A DNA stretch of 64,000 nt. Source: Alphaproteobacteria bacterium (GTDB lineage Bacteria; Pseudomonadota; Alphaproteobacteria; UBA9219). Location of the stretch: assembly GCA_009779745.1 (NCBI GenBank), contig WRDR01000009.1, positions 840 through 64,839 on the forward strand, read 5' to 3'. The position numbers were made by a program, and so were the translations under genes. Under the pieces are notes generated by a model. It searched no databases. It was not told the DNA's origin and saw nothing but the letters and a program-made list of their open reading frames with translations. This document shows, one piece after another, positions 1 through 10,371 of the stretch. Each line of letters opens with the position of its first letter. Positions within the stretch are counted from its first letter, which is position 1.

Positions 1-207
1 GGGGGGGGGTAAGGTCTTGATTTTGTTGGGTAATTCCGTCTTTTCATCTGTTCTCTTCTCTCATTTTGCTGCAAGAATCGCATACATTATAATTTATGTG
101 AATTAGTTTTAAAAGAAAAAATTCTTTTTAAACAGGCTCTTTATGCTTTATAGTCATTTTGAAAGCTTTTGTTTCAGATCTGACGGCAGCTATATTCAGA
201 ACCAGCT

Positions 208-474
208 TCAGTGATTTTTTTCAGGTGCTGTAAATTTTCTTAGAAATTCATCTGCCGCCGCATAACCTCCTTGCGAGTCTTCGCAATAAGAACAGGCCTC
301 GTAAAGGCTGTAGTGTTTCACTAGAGTTTCAAATGTAATCGTTCCGTATTTTTTCTTTTCGGAAACCGCATCAGCAGCCGCTATCCAAAAAGCTTCCGCT
401 ATTAATTCCTTATCTTTCTTGTCTCCGCAAAATATAGGTGTTCCCTGTTCATCTGTATAGAATAATGCCTGCAT
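208..474 (-). CDS. small hypothetical protein
   Basis: 88-aa ORF with a GGAG RBS just upstream; no recognisable motif. Confidence 0.5.
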   Translation of the reverse strand: MQALFYTDEQGTPIFCGDKKDKELIAEAFWIAAADAVSEKKKYGTITFETLVKHYSLYEACSYCEDSQGGYAAADEFLRKFTAPEKNH

Positions 475-575
475 AATTTTTTCTCCGTAAATGTATGGCT
501 GTAAAAAACCTATACTACATGCTATACACCATAATACTTGCAGTATTCAATAAACAAATATGGTAAATGCAGCTC

Positions 576-980
576 CTAATTTTCAATTTCTAATTTAATT
601 TGATTTGGCAATCTTACGGGTTTCCCATGCGCGGCTCCGACTGCTACGCATGTTACTGCCAGAGAACAAAGCGTCTTCCCGTCTTTGTGAATCGTTTGAG
701 TCATTATAAAAGAGCTGTTTTTGCACTCCGTGACTTCGGACGTAACAGTAACAAGCTCATCTAATCTCGCAGGAGCCAAATAATCCGCCTCTACTCTTCT
801 CACTACCATATATAAATCATGTTCGCGGAATACCTGTTGCAAATCGATTCCCAAAGACCGCAAAAACTCTACGCGGCCTCTTTCCGCGAATTTGAGATAA
901 TTCGCATAATACACCACCCCCTCCGCATCCGTATCTTCGTAGTATATTCTTATGTCTATGCTGTGTTTATAATTATTCAT
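576..980 (-). CDS. ybgC: YbgC/FadM-family acyl-CoA thioesterase
   Basis: [25 protein letters not shown] hot-dog-fold motif; usual position after ruvB. Confidence 0.9.
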   Translation of the reverse strand: MNNYKHSIDIRIYYEDTDAEGVVYYANYLKFAERGRVEFLRSLGIDLQQVFREHDLYMVVRRVEADYLAPARLDELVTVTSEVTECKNSSFIMTQTIHKDGKTLCSLAVTCVAVGAAHGKPVRLPNQIKLEIEN

Positions 981-2026
981 ATTTCTTCTTCCGTATCGAA
1001 AAAATCATCGATTCTGTTTGCCGGCATAGGCAATCCTATGTGCTTATATCCTACTGCCGTTAACATTCGACCTCTCGGAGTTCTCTGGACTAATCCCTGC
1101 TGCATAAGATACGGCTCTATTACCTCTTCTATTACGTCTCTTTGTTCCGCCATAGCCGCTGCAATAGTATCTGCGCCCACAGGTCCGCCTCCGTAATTCT
1201 TCGCAATAACAGTCATATATTTCCTGTCCATAGCATCAAAGCCCTTTTCATCTACTTCCAGTTTTTTTAACGCCGTATCTGCCAATTCTGCATCTACTAT
1301 CTCTTCATTCGCTACAGCGGCAAAATCCCGTATCCTTCTAAGCAGCCTGCCTGCTATCCTAGGCGTTCCTCTGGACCTTTTGGCTATCTCTTCTGCTCCT
1401 CCTTCGGATAAACCCATTCCCAGTTTTGCGGCTGCTCCGGAAACAATATGGCGCAGCTCTTTTTCGCCGTAAAACTGAAACCTTAGCGGAATCCCGAATC
1501 TCTCTCTTAGAGGTCTGGTTATAAGCCCGCTCCTCGTAGTAGCTCCTATCAGAGTAAACGGCGGCAAATCTATTTTCACAGATCTTGCAGCAGGTCCTTC
1601 TCCTATCATTAAATCTAATTGAAAATCCTCCATAGCCGGATATAGAATCTCTTCCACTGCGGGACTTAGCCTATGTATTTCGTCTATGAACAGCACATCA
1701 TGAGGCTGTAAATTAGTAAGCAGCGCCGCTAAATCTCCAGCCCTTGCAATAACAGGACCCGATGTACCCCGAAAACCCACGCCCAGCTCTTTTGCTATTA
1801 TCTGAGCGAGCGTAGTTTTGCCTAATCCGGGAGGTCCGTATAACAGCGTGTGATCTAAAGCCTGTGTTCTTTTTTTCGCAGCCTCTATGAACACCTTTAG
1901 ATTCTCTCTTATAGTCTGCTGCCCGATGAACTCTGACAGATATTCAGGACGCAGGGCATTGTTGTGGTGCTCCGCCTGTTCTTCGGATATGGCTTTTCTT
2001 TCTACTAAGCGTTCCGGGTTTTTCAT
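977..2026 (-). CDS. ruvB: Holliday junction branch migration ATPase RuvB
   Basis: [20 protein letters not shown] Walker [17 protein letters not shown]. Confidence 0.98.
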   Translation of the reverse strand: MKNPERLVERKAISEEQAEHHNNALRPEYLSEFIGQQTIRENLKVFIEAAKKRTQALDHTLLYGPPGLGKTTLAQIIAKELGVGFRGTSGPVIARAGDLAALLTNLQPHDVLFIDEIHRLSPAVEEILYPAMEDFQLDLMIGEGPAARSVKIDLPPFTLIGATTRSGLITRPLRERFGIPLRFQFYGEKELRHIVSGAAAKLGMGLSEGGAEEIAKRSRGTPRIAGRLLRRIRDFAAVANEEIVDAELADTALKKLEVDEKGFDAMDRKYMTVIAKNYGGGPVGADTIAAAMAEQRDVIEEVIEPYLMQQGLVQRTPRGRMLTAVGYKHIGLPMPANRIDDFFDTEEEI

Positions 2027-2628
2027 AAAGCCAGCTCCTTAAGAGATAATCTAATCAAATCTTTTAATGCTATATCCTGATTAGCAGCCGTTATAGCAGA
2101 GACTACGGAAAAAGCATCTGCCCGCTTATAGCCAAGATTGCACAAAGCAGACACCGCTTCGGAAGAGATGCCTTGGTGCATGCCTGACGATACGGTATTT
2201 ACCGTTTTTGCGCCATTGCCGGCAAACGCAGAAACCTTATCTTTTAGCTCTGTGATTATCCTTAGAGCCAGCTTAGCTCCTACTCCGTCCGCAGCAGTCA
2301 AAACGCTTTTTTCCTGAGCTGCTATAGCGGCAGCCAGTCTGTCAGGACTTACAGTGCCAAGTATTGCAATCGCAACCTTAGAGCCTACTCCCTGTACTGT
2401 AGTAAGCAGTCTGAACCATTCCTGTTCCGAGCGAGACGCAAACCCGAACAACGATATGGCATCTTCTCTTACAATGGTATCAATCAGAAGACTCGCATTG
2501 TCTCCGGCTCTTCCTATGTCTCTTAGAGTGCAGGCGGAACACGTGACAACATAGCCTACTCCGTTCACATCTAGGATAATTTTGTTATCGGAAATGTTGT
2601 CTATGATTCCGGTTAATTTACCTATCAT
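2023..2628 (-). CDS. ruvA: Holliday junction DNA-binding protein RuvA
   Basis: [23 protein letters not shown] HhH motif, ALCNLGY C-terminal domain. Confidence 0.97.
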   Translation of the reverse strand: MIGKLTGIIDNISDNKIILDVNGVGYVVTCSACTLRDIGRAGDNASLLIDTIVREDAISLFGFASRSEQEWFRLLTTVQGVGSKVAIAILGTVSPDRLAAAIAAQEKSVLTAADGVGAKLALRIITELKDKVSAFAGNGAKTVNTVSSGMHQGISSEAVSALCNLGYKRADAFSVVSAITAANQDIALKDLIRLSLKELAL

Positions 2629-3107
2629 CTTGCGCCTCTGTGGTGAGCGTGAGTTATAGCTGCAGCCAAAGCGTCTGCTCCGTCCGGAGTCAGTTTAACA
2701 GTTTTATCCATTTTTGGAAGCAATATAGCAACCATTGTTTGTATTTGTTTTTTGTCCGCATGTCCGTAGCCGGTAACGGACTGTTTTATGCGGTTTGCAG
2801 AGTATTCCGTGACCGGAAGTCCTTTTTGTGCAAGACTTAGCATTGCGCTGCCTCTTGCCTGACCCAACAGCAGCGCGGATTTTGCGTTTTTGTTTACAAA
2901 AGTTTCTTCTATAGCGGCTTCTGCGGGCATGTATTTATTTACTATATCCGAAATGCCATCTGCAATAGCGAGCAGCCTTAAAGATATCGGCATATCTGCG
3001 TCCGGATTTATCCGTCCGGCAGCAACAAAGGACAGGCTGTTTCCGGAAACGTCTATGATTCCCCAGCCAGTATGTCTTAGTCCCGGATCTATGCCTATGA
3101 TTCTCAT
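2625..3107 (-). CDS. ruvC: crossover junction endodeoxyribonuclease RuvC
   Basis: IIGIDPGLRHTGWG, AIEETFVNKN, LGQARG, DALAAAITH. Confidence 0.97.
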   Translation of the reverse strand: MRIIGIDPGLRHTGWGIIDVSGNSLSFVAAGRINPDADMPISLRLLAIADGISDIVNKYMPAEAAIEETFVNKNAKSALLLGQARGSAMLSLAQKGLPVTEYSANRIKQSVTGYGHADKKQIQTMVAILLPKMDKTVKLTPDGADALAAAITHAHHRGAR

Positions 3108-3113
3108 TTTATT

Positions 3114-4043
3114 TCACACTATATTCAATCCTCGTACTATTTTCCAGTGGCCTCTTTCTCCGGTGACAACGGCAACGGGCTTGTTGTTGAACTGAGCCAG
3201 CATATTTGTACCCTCACTCACGAGGTGGTGTCTTCTTATAAGTATAGAGACTCCCCGTTTCAACAACCCTGCTTCATGCTGAGTCACATTAAAAGAATCT
3301 ATGTCCAGCAGCCTGTCGTCCAACGGGTGCAAAACACTGTCCAGTTTGCCGGAATCAGCAGCTTCTTCCAATGCCTCCAGAGAAACACTATCCTCTACAG
3401 AAATCTTTCCTACTCTTATTCTTCTTAGTTCCGCAACAAATCCCCTTGTTCCCAAAGCTCTTGCGATATCTACTGCCAGAGACCGTATGTACGTTCCCTT
3501 ACTGCACCTTACAAAAAAAGTTGCGTTATTTTCTTTGCTCTCTTTCAAATGCAACTCGTAAATCATGACTTCTCTTACAGGCATTTCCGGCTCTTTGCCG
3601 GCTCTTGCCATGTCATATGCTCTTTGCCCATCGATCTTTATCGCAGAGAACTTCGGCGGTTTCTGACGTATCCTACCTATAAAAGACAATATTATTTTTT
3701 CTATGTCTTCCTTTGCCGGCATCACGTCCGATACTTCCGTAACCTTGCCTTCGCTGTCAAAAGTATCTGTCTCTTTTCCCCACTCTACTGTAAACACATA
3801 CTCCTTATCGCCGCCCACAACGCACGGTATCAGCTTAGTAGCCTCGCCGAATGCCAACGGCAAAACTCCGCTCGCCAGTGGATCCAGTGTTCCGGCATGT
3901 CCTGCCTTGTCTCCTTTGATAATACGTCTAACCTTTCCCATAAGCTGCACAGACGTAAGCCCGAGAGGCTTGTCTATAAATAACCAACCGTTTAAAGAAG
4001 TGTGGAGTGTGGAGTGTGGGGTGTGGAGTTGATTCTTTGTCAT
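3114..4043 (-). CDS. truB: tRNA pseudouridine(55) synthase TruB
   Basis: GWLFIDKP, KAGHAGTLDPLASG, CSKGTYIRSLA; start set at ATG 4043, N-terminus runs through a heptamer repeat (LHTPHSTLHT). Confidence 0.96.
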   Translation of the reverse strand: MTKNQLHTPHSTLHTSLNGWLFIDKPLGLTSVQLMGKVRRIIKGDKAGHAGTLDPLASGVLPLAFGEATKLIPCVVGGDKEYVFTVEWGKETDTFDSEGKVTEVSDVMPAKEDIEKIILSFIGRIRQKPPKFSAIKIDGQRAYDMARAGKEPEMPVREVMIYELHLKESKENNATFFVRCSKGTYIRSLAVDIARALGTRGFVAELRRIRVGKISVEDSVSLEALEEAADSGKLDSVLHPLDDRLLDIDSFNVTQHEAGLLKRGVSILIRRHHLVSEGTNMLAQFNNKPVAVVTGERGHWKIVRGLNIV

Positions 4044-4065
4044 TTTCAATTTTTCATTTTTCACT
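3999..4065. repeat. heptamer tandem repeats (AGTGTGG)x4 plus TTTTCA-type units at the yejA/truB junction
   Basis: agtgtggagtgtggagtgtggggtgtgg followed by cattttcaatttttcatttttcac. Confidence 0.85.
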
Positions 4066-5869
4066 CTTCGACAGCCCACCAGCTTTCAAGAACATTTCCG
4101 TACAAAGACCTTTTATCAGGGTGCTGTATTTTGTTCTGCCAGTAAGCTATGCTGTCAAACCCCTTGTAGTACAGCGGCACAAAATAGTACCCGCTCATAA
4201 TGACTCTGTCCAATGCCCTTGCTGCAGAAACAAGCTCCTCTCTGGTTTCTGACTTTGGAATCATAGCTATAATCTCGTCCGCTGCGGAATCTTTTATGCC
4301 GGGATAGTTTCTGCTTCCGGGCTGCGCAGCTGCCAGAGAGCCGTAATAGTACGCCTGTTCATTTCCCGGAGACAGCGAGTTAAACCAGCTTTGCGCAGTA
4401 ACATCAAAATCAAAGCTGCTTATTTTAGATTGATACTGGGCGGAATCCACTGTCCTTACTCTGGCCTTTATGCCCAGCCTTTTAAGCGCAGCCGCCCAGT
4501 TTATCGCTACTTTTTCTTCCGCAGGATCTCTCAGCAAAATCTCGAAAGCAACAAGCTGTCCGTTAGGAGTCAACAGCTCGTTGTTCCGCAAAATATATCC
4601 GGCATCTTTTAAAATCTTCTCGGCTTTAAGAAGCATGTTCCTGAAATTGCCTTCTGAATCTTCTCTGGTTTCCGTGAACACTTCTTCGGGTACTTTGTCT
4701 CTGAATTTTTCCAGTATCTCTAACTCTTTCCCTTCAGGCAGTCCTACGGCAGCCAGCTCTCCGTTAGGATATATGCTGTTCACTTGCCTGAACTGGCCGT
4801 GAAACAGATTCTTGTTTATCCAATCAAAGTCCAGCGTATAGTACAAAGCCTTTCTGAGATTCCAGTCAGACAACATCGGTCTTCTGGTATTTATCATATA
4901 ACCGTAAGCAGGCTCTGTTCTTTTGGTCTCTATTTTTTCTAAGGCGACTTTGCCTTGCTGTACTGCAGGAAAGTTATACGCCGAAGCCCACTTGGTAGGA
5001 TTTGTTTCCGCCCGCAAATCAATCTGTCCTGCCTTGAATGCCTGAAGAGCAGAGTTATCATCTCTGTAGTAGTCAACTATAATCTTATCAAAATTATACA
5101 GTCCTTTCTGAGACGGTAAATCTTTAGCCCAATAGTTTGTATCTCTTTCGCAAACAATCTGCCGCCCTATTTTAAAAGAAGTGATTCTGTAGGGTCCGGA
5201 GCCGATAGGTATGTTTGTATGAGTCTGATTGAAATCCCTATCCTGCCAATAGTGCTTGGGCAGCACCGGCATAAAGCCCATGATAACAGGCATTTCTCTG
5301 TCTATGCTGTTGTCCTCATTTTTTTTAAAAGAAAATTTTATGCTTCTGTCGGAAAGTATCTCTACTTTTTCCACTTTCCTGTAGTATGTTCTGTGGTTAG
5401 GCCTGCCGTGGTTTCTGAGAGTTTCAAACGAGAACAAAAAATCTTCCGCAGTAACAGGTTTTCCGTCCGAAAATTTTGCTCTTTCGTCTATGTTAAAAAT
5501 AATCCAAGAGCGGTCTTCGGCAACTTCCATATTCTTTACTATGAGGCCGTACATAGTAAGAGGTTCGTCCCAGCCTTGCGCCAGCCCTCTTTGATATATT
5601 AAAGGCATTACGCCGCTAAGTCCGTATCCGGTATTGCCGCGCACTATGAACGGATTGAAGCTGTCGAAAGTACCGACAACATTTATCTTTAAAGTTCCTC
5701 CTTTAGGAGCGTCCGGATTGACGTAAGAAAAATGAGTGAAGTCCTTTGGATACAAAGGCTCGCCTGTTCCTGCGATAGCATGAACAGGTTTGCCAGCGAA
5801 GGCTGTTGAAGAATACAAAGCGCAGCCCAATGCCAGCGTTATGCAGAAAGTAAGTTTTTTAAGGGACAT
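4061..5869 (-). CDS. yejA: ABC transporter peptide-binding protein (YejA/microcin C type, SBP family 5)
   Basis: signal peptide, HFSYVNPDAPKGG, GTFDSFNPF, PIGSGPY, RALDRVIMSGYY; start set at MSLKK 5869. Confidence 0.88.
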   Translation of the reverse strand: MSLKKLTFCITLALGCALYSSTAFAGKPVHAIAGTGEPLYPKDFTHFSYVNPDAPKGGTLKINVVGTFDSFNPFIVRGNTGYGLSGVMPLIYQRGLAQGWDEPLTMYGLIVKNMEVAEDRSWIIFNIDERAKFSDGKPVTAEDFLFSFETLRNHGRPNHRTYYRKVEKVEILSDRSIKFSFKKNEDNSIDREMPVIMGFMPVLPKHYWQDRDFNQTHTNIPIGSGPYRITSFKIGRQIVCERDTNYWAKDLPSQKGLYNFDKIIVDYYRDDNSALQAFKAGQIDLRAETNPTKWASAYNFPAVQQGKVALEKIETKRTEPAYGYMINTRRPMLSDWNLRKALYYTLDFDWINKNLFHGQFRQVNSIYPNGELAAVGLPEGKELEILEKFRDKVPEEVFTETREDSEGNFRNMLLKAEKILKDAGYILRNNELLTPNGQLVAFEILLRDPAEEKVAINWAAALKRLGIKARVRTVDSAQYQSKISSFDFDVTAQSWFNSLSPGNEQAYYYGSLAAAQPGSRNYPGIKDSAADEIIAMIPKSETREELVSAARALDRVIMSGYYFVPLYYKGFDSIAYWQNKIQHPDKRSLYGNVLESWWAVEE

Positions 5870-6014
5870 TTTTGCAATTACAGTTTTCACACCCTGCACA
5901 CTTATGCTCGAGTTCTTTCGGAGCTTCCTCCCCCAGGTTTTCGTTTCTTTCGCACACGTCCCTTGTCTCCAGATACCAGACAAACGACATAATATCTTCA
6001 TTCACATGTTTCAT
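5859..6014 (-). CDS. 51-aa Cys-rich protein, absent from the ORF track
   Basis: AGGAGA RBS then ATG 6014: MKHVNEDIMSFVWYLETRDVCERNENLGEEAPKELEHKCAGCENCNCKNVP*; stop overlaps the yejA start. Confidence 0.6.
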   Translation of the reverse strand: MKHVNEDIMSFVWYLETRDVCERNENLGEEAPKELEHKCAGCENCNCKNVP

Positions 6015-6126
6015 AATATTTCTCCTTTAATATATTGGTTTACAGAGGCCTCTGCAGTCGAATTAATAATGTAAATTTAGCAACCTTGTATAGTTAACAC
6101 AATATATTTCGCACTGCGTTATTAAA

Positions 6127-6399
6127 TTATCTGCCGAGGAAATCTATCCACCTGCGCCTGAACTTGTCTAAAACAGACGGTCTTCTCCGCCCTACTATCC
6201 ATGACCGTATCGCCCTTAACGCCGCTGCAAAAGAGTACCCTCTTCGTTCTATAATCCAGAAAGCCAGCATAACCACTACGACTACGCAAAACGTCCATAG
6301 TCTTGCGTGCAGCAGAAACAAAAACACAGCCGAAGCCGACCTCGCATCAAAGAAGAAAAAGCGAGCCGGTTTCTGAGTATTTCGCCAGTGTGAATCCAT
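6127..6399 (-). CDS. icmT: Dot/Icm type IVB secretion protein IcmT/TraK
   Basis: HWRNTQKPARFFFFDAR..FLLHARLWTF..ERRGYSF..ALR..R signature of IcmT/TraK; next to dotB/C/D. Confidence 0.85.
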   Translation of the reverse strand: MDSHWRNTQKPARFFFFDARSASAVFLFLLHARLWTFCVVVVVMLAFWIIERRGYSFAAALRAIRSWIVGRRRPSVLDKFRRRWIDFLGR

Positions 6400-6403
6400 A
6401 GTT

Positions 6404-6997
6404 TTATCCGTATTTCTTCCATTCAATAATATCCGCTACAGATACCTTTGTAAGCCCGTGCTTCTTTGAAAACTTCTCTAAATCTTCGCCTCTTGCCATT
6501 GTACCGTCTTCGTTTATTATCTCGCATATAACAGCAACCGGCGGCAATCCCGCCATTTCCATTAATTCCACTGCCGCTTCGGTATGCCCTTTTCTTTTGT
6601 TAAGCCCGCCCTGCACCGCTCTTAACGGGAACATATGTCCCGGCATGTAAAAATCCTCTGCCTTTGCCTCTTTATCCGCCAAACGCCTAGCAGTCTTTGT
6701 CCTGTCCCCAACAGAAATCCCGGTAGTCGTCCCCTCCTTATAATCCATGCTTATCAAAAATGCCGTATTATGCTTGTCCGTACTATCCTCTACCATAAGC
6801 CTCAGTCCCATTTTTTCCGCCAGCTCATACTTCATTGGCACGCACACCAAACCTTTTGCATGAGTTATCATGAAATTCATCTGCTCTTCCGTTATCAGCA
6901 CTGCGCTTGCTACTATGTCTCCTTCGTCCTCTCTGTTATTATCATCAGTTACGACTAACAGCTTTCCAGCTTTTAAGTCTTCTATTGCTTTTTTCAT
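6404..6997 (-). CDS. ribB: 3,4-dihydroxy-2-butanone-4-phosphate synthase
   Basis: DDNNREDEGD, TTTGIS..DR, PGHMFPL, GHTEAAV, VICEI. Confidence 0.96.
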   Translation of the reverse strand: MKKAIEDLKAGKLLVVTDDNNREDEGDIVASAVLITEEQMNFMITHAKGLVCVPMKYELAEKMGLRLMVEDSTDKHNTAFLISMDYKEGTTTGISVGDRTKTARRLADKEAKAEDFYMPGHMFPLRAVQGGLNKRKGHTEAAVELMEMAGLPPVAVICEIINEDGTMARGEDLEKFSKKHGLTKVSVADIIEWKKYG

Positions 6998-7078
6998 TTT
7001 TTTGCTCTTTTGAATTTTTATCCACTCGCAAACCTTCTACCCAGATTATCATAATATTATTATAGCCTGATAAGATGA

Positions 7079-8371
7079 TTATATTTTACCCCGTTCTATC
7101 TCTATAGCTTCCTTCTTTATCTCTTCGTCCTCCACAGTGAATCCTTTCACTATCAGAAGATAGCTTCTCCTGTCTATAAGCCCTGCTTTGAACGCTTTGT
7201 TAGCGGACTGCTCCATGCTCTGTCCGTGCCGCGCCAATAATCTCTGCGTCTGCGTAGCCCAATGCTCTACAGGCGTATCCAGCAATGTATCCCTTACCCT
7301 ATCATCAAACACTAGGTATTCTCTGAGTCCTATTCTGCCGCCTCCGACCCTCGGCGCAAGCGTCTGGGTTATTATCATTCGCAGCGTTTCCATCAATGCG
7401 TATGCTCTCTCGGTTCTTTCAGAAGGGTCAAACACACTTATCATACGCCTCACAGTCGCAGCAACTCCGATAGTATGAACAGTAGAAAACACTAAGTGTC
7501 CGGTCTGTCCGGCTTCTATTGCCGCAGAGACTGTTTCTCTGTCTCTGGACTCTCCCACAAGTATAATACTGGGTTTACGCCTCATCGCATTTCTTATGCC
7601 GGCTGCAAACGAGGCTAAATGCCGCGGTATTTCCGACTGAGATACTAATGACCTATTACTGGTTATGGCATCGTACACGTACTCAATAGGAGCCTCGTAC
7701 GTAATCATCTTGCCGCAGCCTTGCGATCTTTCTATGAGCATTCTGCACCCTGCCGCCAGAAGCGTAGTTTTTCCGCTTCCAGTCGGTCCGGTGACAAGTA
7801 TCAGACCCTGCCGCGGAGACCAGTTCTCTATAATCTGCTGTTCTATGTTCAGATCCTTAAACGTAGGCGGCATATTGGGCAGCGTCCTGAGAGTCATCTG
7901 GACGGAATCTCTGCCATGGCTTAGTATCGCCGTTATATTGACGCGAAAACGCCAGCGGATATTTCTTTCAGGGCGTATCTCGTATGACAAGTCCAAGTCA
8001 ACTCCGGACGCCAGCTTTGCCAAAACTTCAGGTCCGTATATTCTTGTCAGCATATTGGTAAGGTCCGCACTATCCAGCTTTCTTTTAGTAACCGGAAAAA
8101 GCACTCCGTCCACTTCTATGTATATACGCTTATCCGTCTGTATCGTAGTATCGGACGCTCTTTGATTCACGCACCATAACAACAATTCGTCAACATGCTC
8201 TTCACGTATCCTTAGAGGTTCGGACGGCCACGTGCCTATTTTCGCTGCCAGAGCATCGATTCTCTCTTGCTCTATTTTCGAAGAGGTATCCTGTTTTTCA
8301 GCCTCTTTGAACATACTGCTCTCAGCCGAATCAGTCTTTTCAAAGCCTATTGTCTGCTCATCGGAATCCAT
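7079..8371 (-). CDS. dotB: Dot/Icm secretion ATPase DotB (PilT/TraJ-like)
   Basis: ASDTTIQT, RFRVN, GPTGSGKTT, TYEAPIEYVY, SQSEIPRHL, ILVGESRD, TGHLVFSTVH, LREYLVFD; follows dotD-dotC. Confidence 0.9.
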   Translation of the reverse strand: MDSDEQTIGFEKTDSAESSMFKEAEKQDTSSKIEQERIDALAAKIGTWPSEPLRIREEHVDELLLWCVNQRASDTTIQTDKRIYIEVDGVLFPVTKRKLDSADLTNMLTRIYGPEVLAKLASGVDLDLSYEIRPERNIRWRFRVNITAILSHGRDSVQMTLRTLPNMPPTFKDLNIEQQIIENWSPRQGLILVTGPTGSGKTTLLAAGCRMLIERSQGCGKMITYEAPIEYVYDAITSNRSLVSQSEIPRHLASFAAGIRNAMRRKPSIILVGESRDRETVSAAIEAGQTGHLVFSTVHTIGVAATVRRMISVFDPSERTERAYALMETLRMIITQTLAPRVGGGRIGLREYLVFDDRVRDTLLDTPVEHWATQTQRLLARHGQSMEQSANKAFKAGLIDRRSYLLIVKGFTVEDEEIKKEAIEIERGKI

Positions 8372-9408
8372 GATCTGCTTTCAGAAATAAGTGAAGATTG
8401 TCCCGTAAGAGTTACGCCGCGATCGCCTATGCGCATCTCCCGACCTCCTCCGGTAACGCCTCTGTCATCAGACAGTGCAAACGGTTTTGAAATCATGTTC
8501 TGCGCTAAAAGCTCACGATACCGTATCATGCCCGTATAGTCATTCACCATTCTGTCGAGGTCTGATTCGAAAACCTCATCAGCCTGTTTTACTCCCTCGT
8601 CCCAGCCCTGTTTTACATATGCCGCCCACGCAAACTTTTCTTCCTCCGTCTTAGGCAGAAGTATATCCGCAGGAGTATCCACCCTCCCCCAATCACGCTC
8701 TAGGTACAGTCTCCAGTTTCTTGAAGCCGTAACAATCTTAGCCACCTGATTAATCCTGTATATCCTGTCCGCTACGGCAGCAGACTGGCCGCCGGAACTT
8801 ACTATAACCGCCTGCTGCGCCTCAGAGACAATAGGCGGCTCTATGAGCAGCCCGGAAGGAGCCGCAATCAACAGCCTTCCAAAATCAAATGCTTTGCCCA
8901 TGCTGGTATCGTACTCGGCAAGCCTTCTTTGTATCTCGAATGTACGTGAGGCAAGCCCGCCTCTTGCACCGTAAGACAATGCAGCTTCCCGCTGTGCGTC
9001 CGAACGTATCTGTAAGCCCAGATTCGTCTATGCTTCCTCTTCCGTCTTTTCCGTAGTGAACTGATTCTGTAAGTCCTCTAAGGTAGGAGGCTGCGGAGAA
9101 GTAAACGCATCATCACTCGGAGCAAGGCGTATTTTAGAATTAGTGCTTGTTGGAACAGGCATCAAACTAGTCTCAGGCTCTACCTGTTTTACCATTTCAG
9201 GTTTGCCTAATTCCCCTATATTCGTATTTTTCGCATTTTCGGCATTGCTCTTGTTAAGCTCGGCTTCCAGCTTTTCTCTTTCTTCATTCAGTTGTTGTGT
9301 CTGCCTAGCAATCTCATTCAGCCTTTCAGAACGGGCAACCTCCGCAGCGAACGCAGCAGTGCCTGAAGACACCAGCATCAACGCTGTCAAAATTACAAAC
9401 GCCCTCAT
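8347..9408 (-). pseudogene. dotC: DotC/TraI-family T4BSS core protein interrupted by an in-frame TAG at 9028-9030
   Basis: signal peptide ORF continues in the same frame across TAG into QREAALSYGARGGLA..FDF..PP..WR.YL..GW.EG..QA..GM..Y..L DotC motifs. Confidence 0.8.
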
Positions 9409-9409
9409 T

Positions 9410-9937
9410 CTATATAGATTTGTCAAATGCAGCATATCTTACCTCAACAAAGCCTTCTTGTTGGTTTATAATCAGATCGGCGCGCGTCCCTATCTGGAGT
9501 CCTATGTCCCTCATCACATGAATAAGAGGCTGTTGATATGCATCTAAATTCACAACAATAGGCACTTCCGGCACAATACCCACCACCTGCATTTTATAGC
9601 CTGCCCTTCCTGACAGAACATAGACTATCTGTTCCATTGGTCCGGACCACTTTACCGTTACAGGCTGACCCAGATTCGGAGGCAAATTCTGAAAGTTCTC
9701 TTGCAGTTTCGGCATGTTAGGATTTTTGTATTGCTCTATGTTGGCCATGATATCCAAAGCCCTTGAGGCTTTATCTGCGGCCTGCGCCAGCTTCACAGAG
9801 ACAATATCGGGCTGCGCGGCTACGGGAGTGGACGCAGGAAAATACGTATGCTCGTTGGTTTCCGCGCACCCAGCAAGCATAACAGCGCAAACAAGAATCA
9901 CTTTACTGGAAGTGCTTAATAAAAGCCTATGCGTCAT
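9410..9937 (-). CDS. dotD: DotD/TraH-family outer-membrane lipoprotein
   Basis: lipobox LAGC; WSGPMEQ..L..RAGY, RDIGLQ.G.RAD, VEVRYA. Confidence 0.88.
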   Translation of the reverse strand: MTHRLLLSTSSKVILVCAVMLAGCAETNEHTYFPASTPVAAQPDIVSVKLAQAADKASRALDIMANIEQYKNPNMPKLQENFQNLPPNLGQPVTVKWSGPMEQIVYVLSGRAGYKMQVVGIVPEVPIVVNLDAYQQPLIHVMRDIGLQIGTRADLIINQQEGFVEVRYAAFDKSI

Positions 9938-9993
9938 ATGTCTGAATCCCGTATTATTAGAATCATATTACGTGGATAGAAACACGGAAATAC

Positions 9994-10008
9994 TTAATAA
10001 TGTTTTAA
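9994..10008. promoter_or_regulatory. putative CtrA box upstream of dotD
   Basis: ttaa-taatgtt-ttaa, exact TTAA-N7-TTAA. Confidence 0.45.
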
Positions 10009-10054
10009 GAGGAATGGAAAATTGAAAATGGAAAATTAGTGCGTATTACACACT

Positions 10055-10369
10055 TCACCCTCTTTTAAACATTTGCCATGCAAAACCTATAAGACAGGCG
10101 GACATGAAGAAGACTAAAAAACCGGCAAGGAAAAAGTTAAGCAGCAGCAAATATATGCTATATACAAAAAGAAACGCCGCTCCTATAGAGTACACTATGG
10201 ACGCAGGAGGCAGCACCGATATATTCTGCTGATAAAATTCCATAGGCACCTGAGAGACCTTTTTCATAAGAGGCGAGCCTGCTTGTCCTCCGGAATGCTT
10301 CTGCACAGCTTTCTGTACGCCCTTTTTAGGAACAGTTTTCATCGGCAGTTTATTCTGAAGATTCGCCAT
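10055..10369 (-). CDS. small membrane protein in the dot cluster
   Basis: basic N-terminus and two hydrophobic helices; co-oriented between the transglycosylase and dotD. Confidence 0.65.
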   Translation of the reverse strand: MANLQNKLPMKTVPKKGVQKAVQKHSGGQAGSPLMKKVSQVPMEFYQQNISVLPPASIVYSIGAAFLFVYSIYLLLLNFFLAGFLVFFMSACLIGFAWQMFKRG

Positions 10370-10371
10370 GC

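Noticed and set aside
1-9. Poly-G run at the window edge
   Set aside because: No context is available; it may be a contig-end or sequencing artefact.
9028-9030. Genome-wide TAG reassignment
   Set aside because: TAG terminates conserved genes at the expected positions (rpsT, phaA, fliX, dotD).
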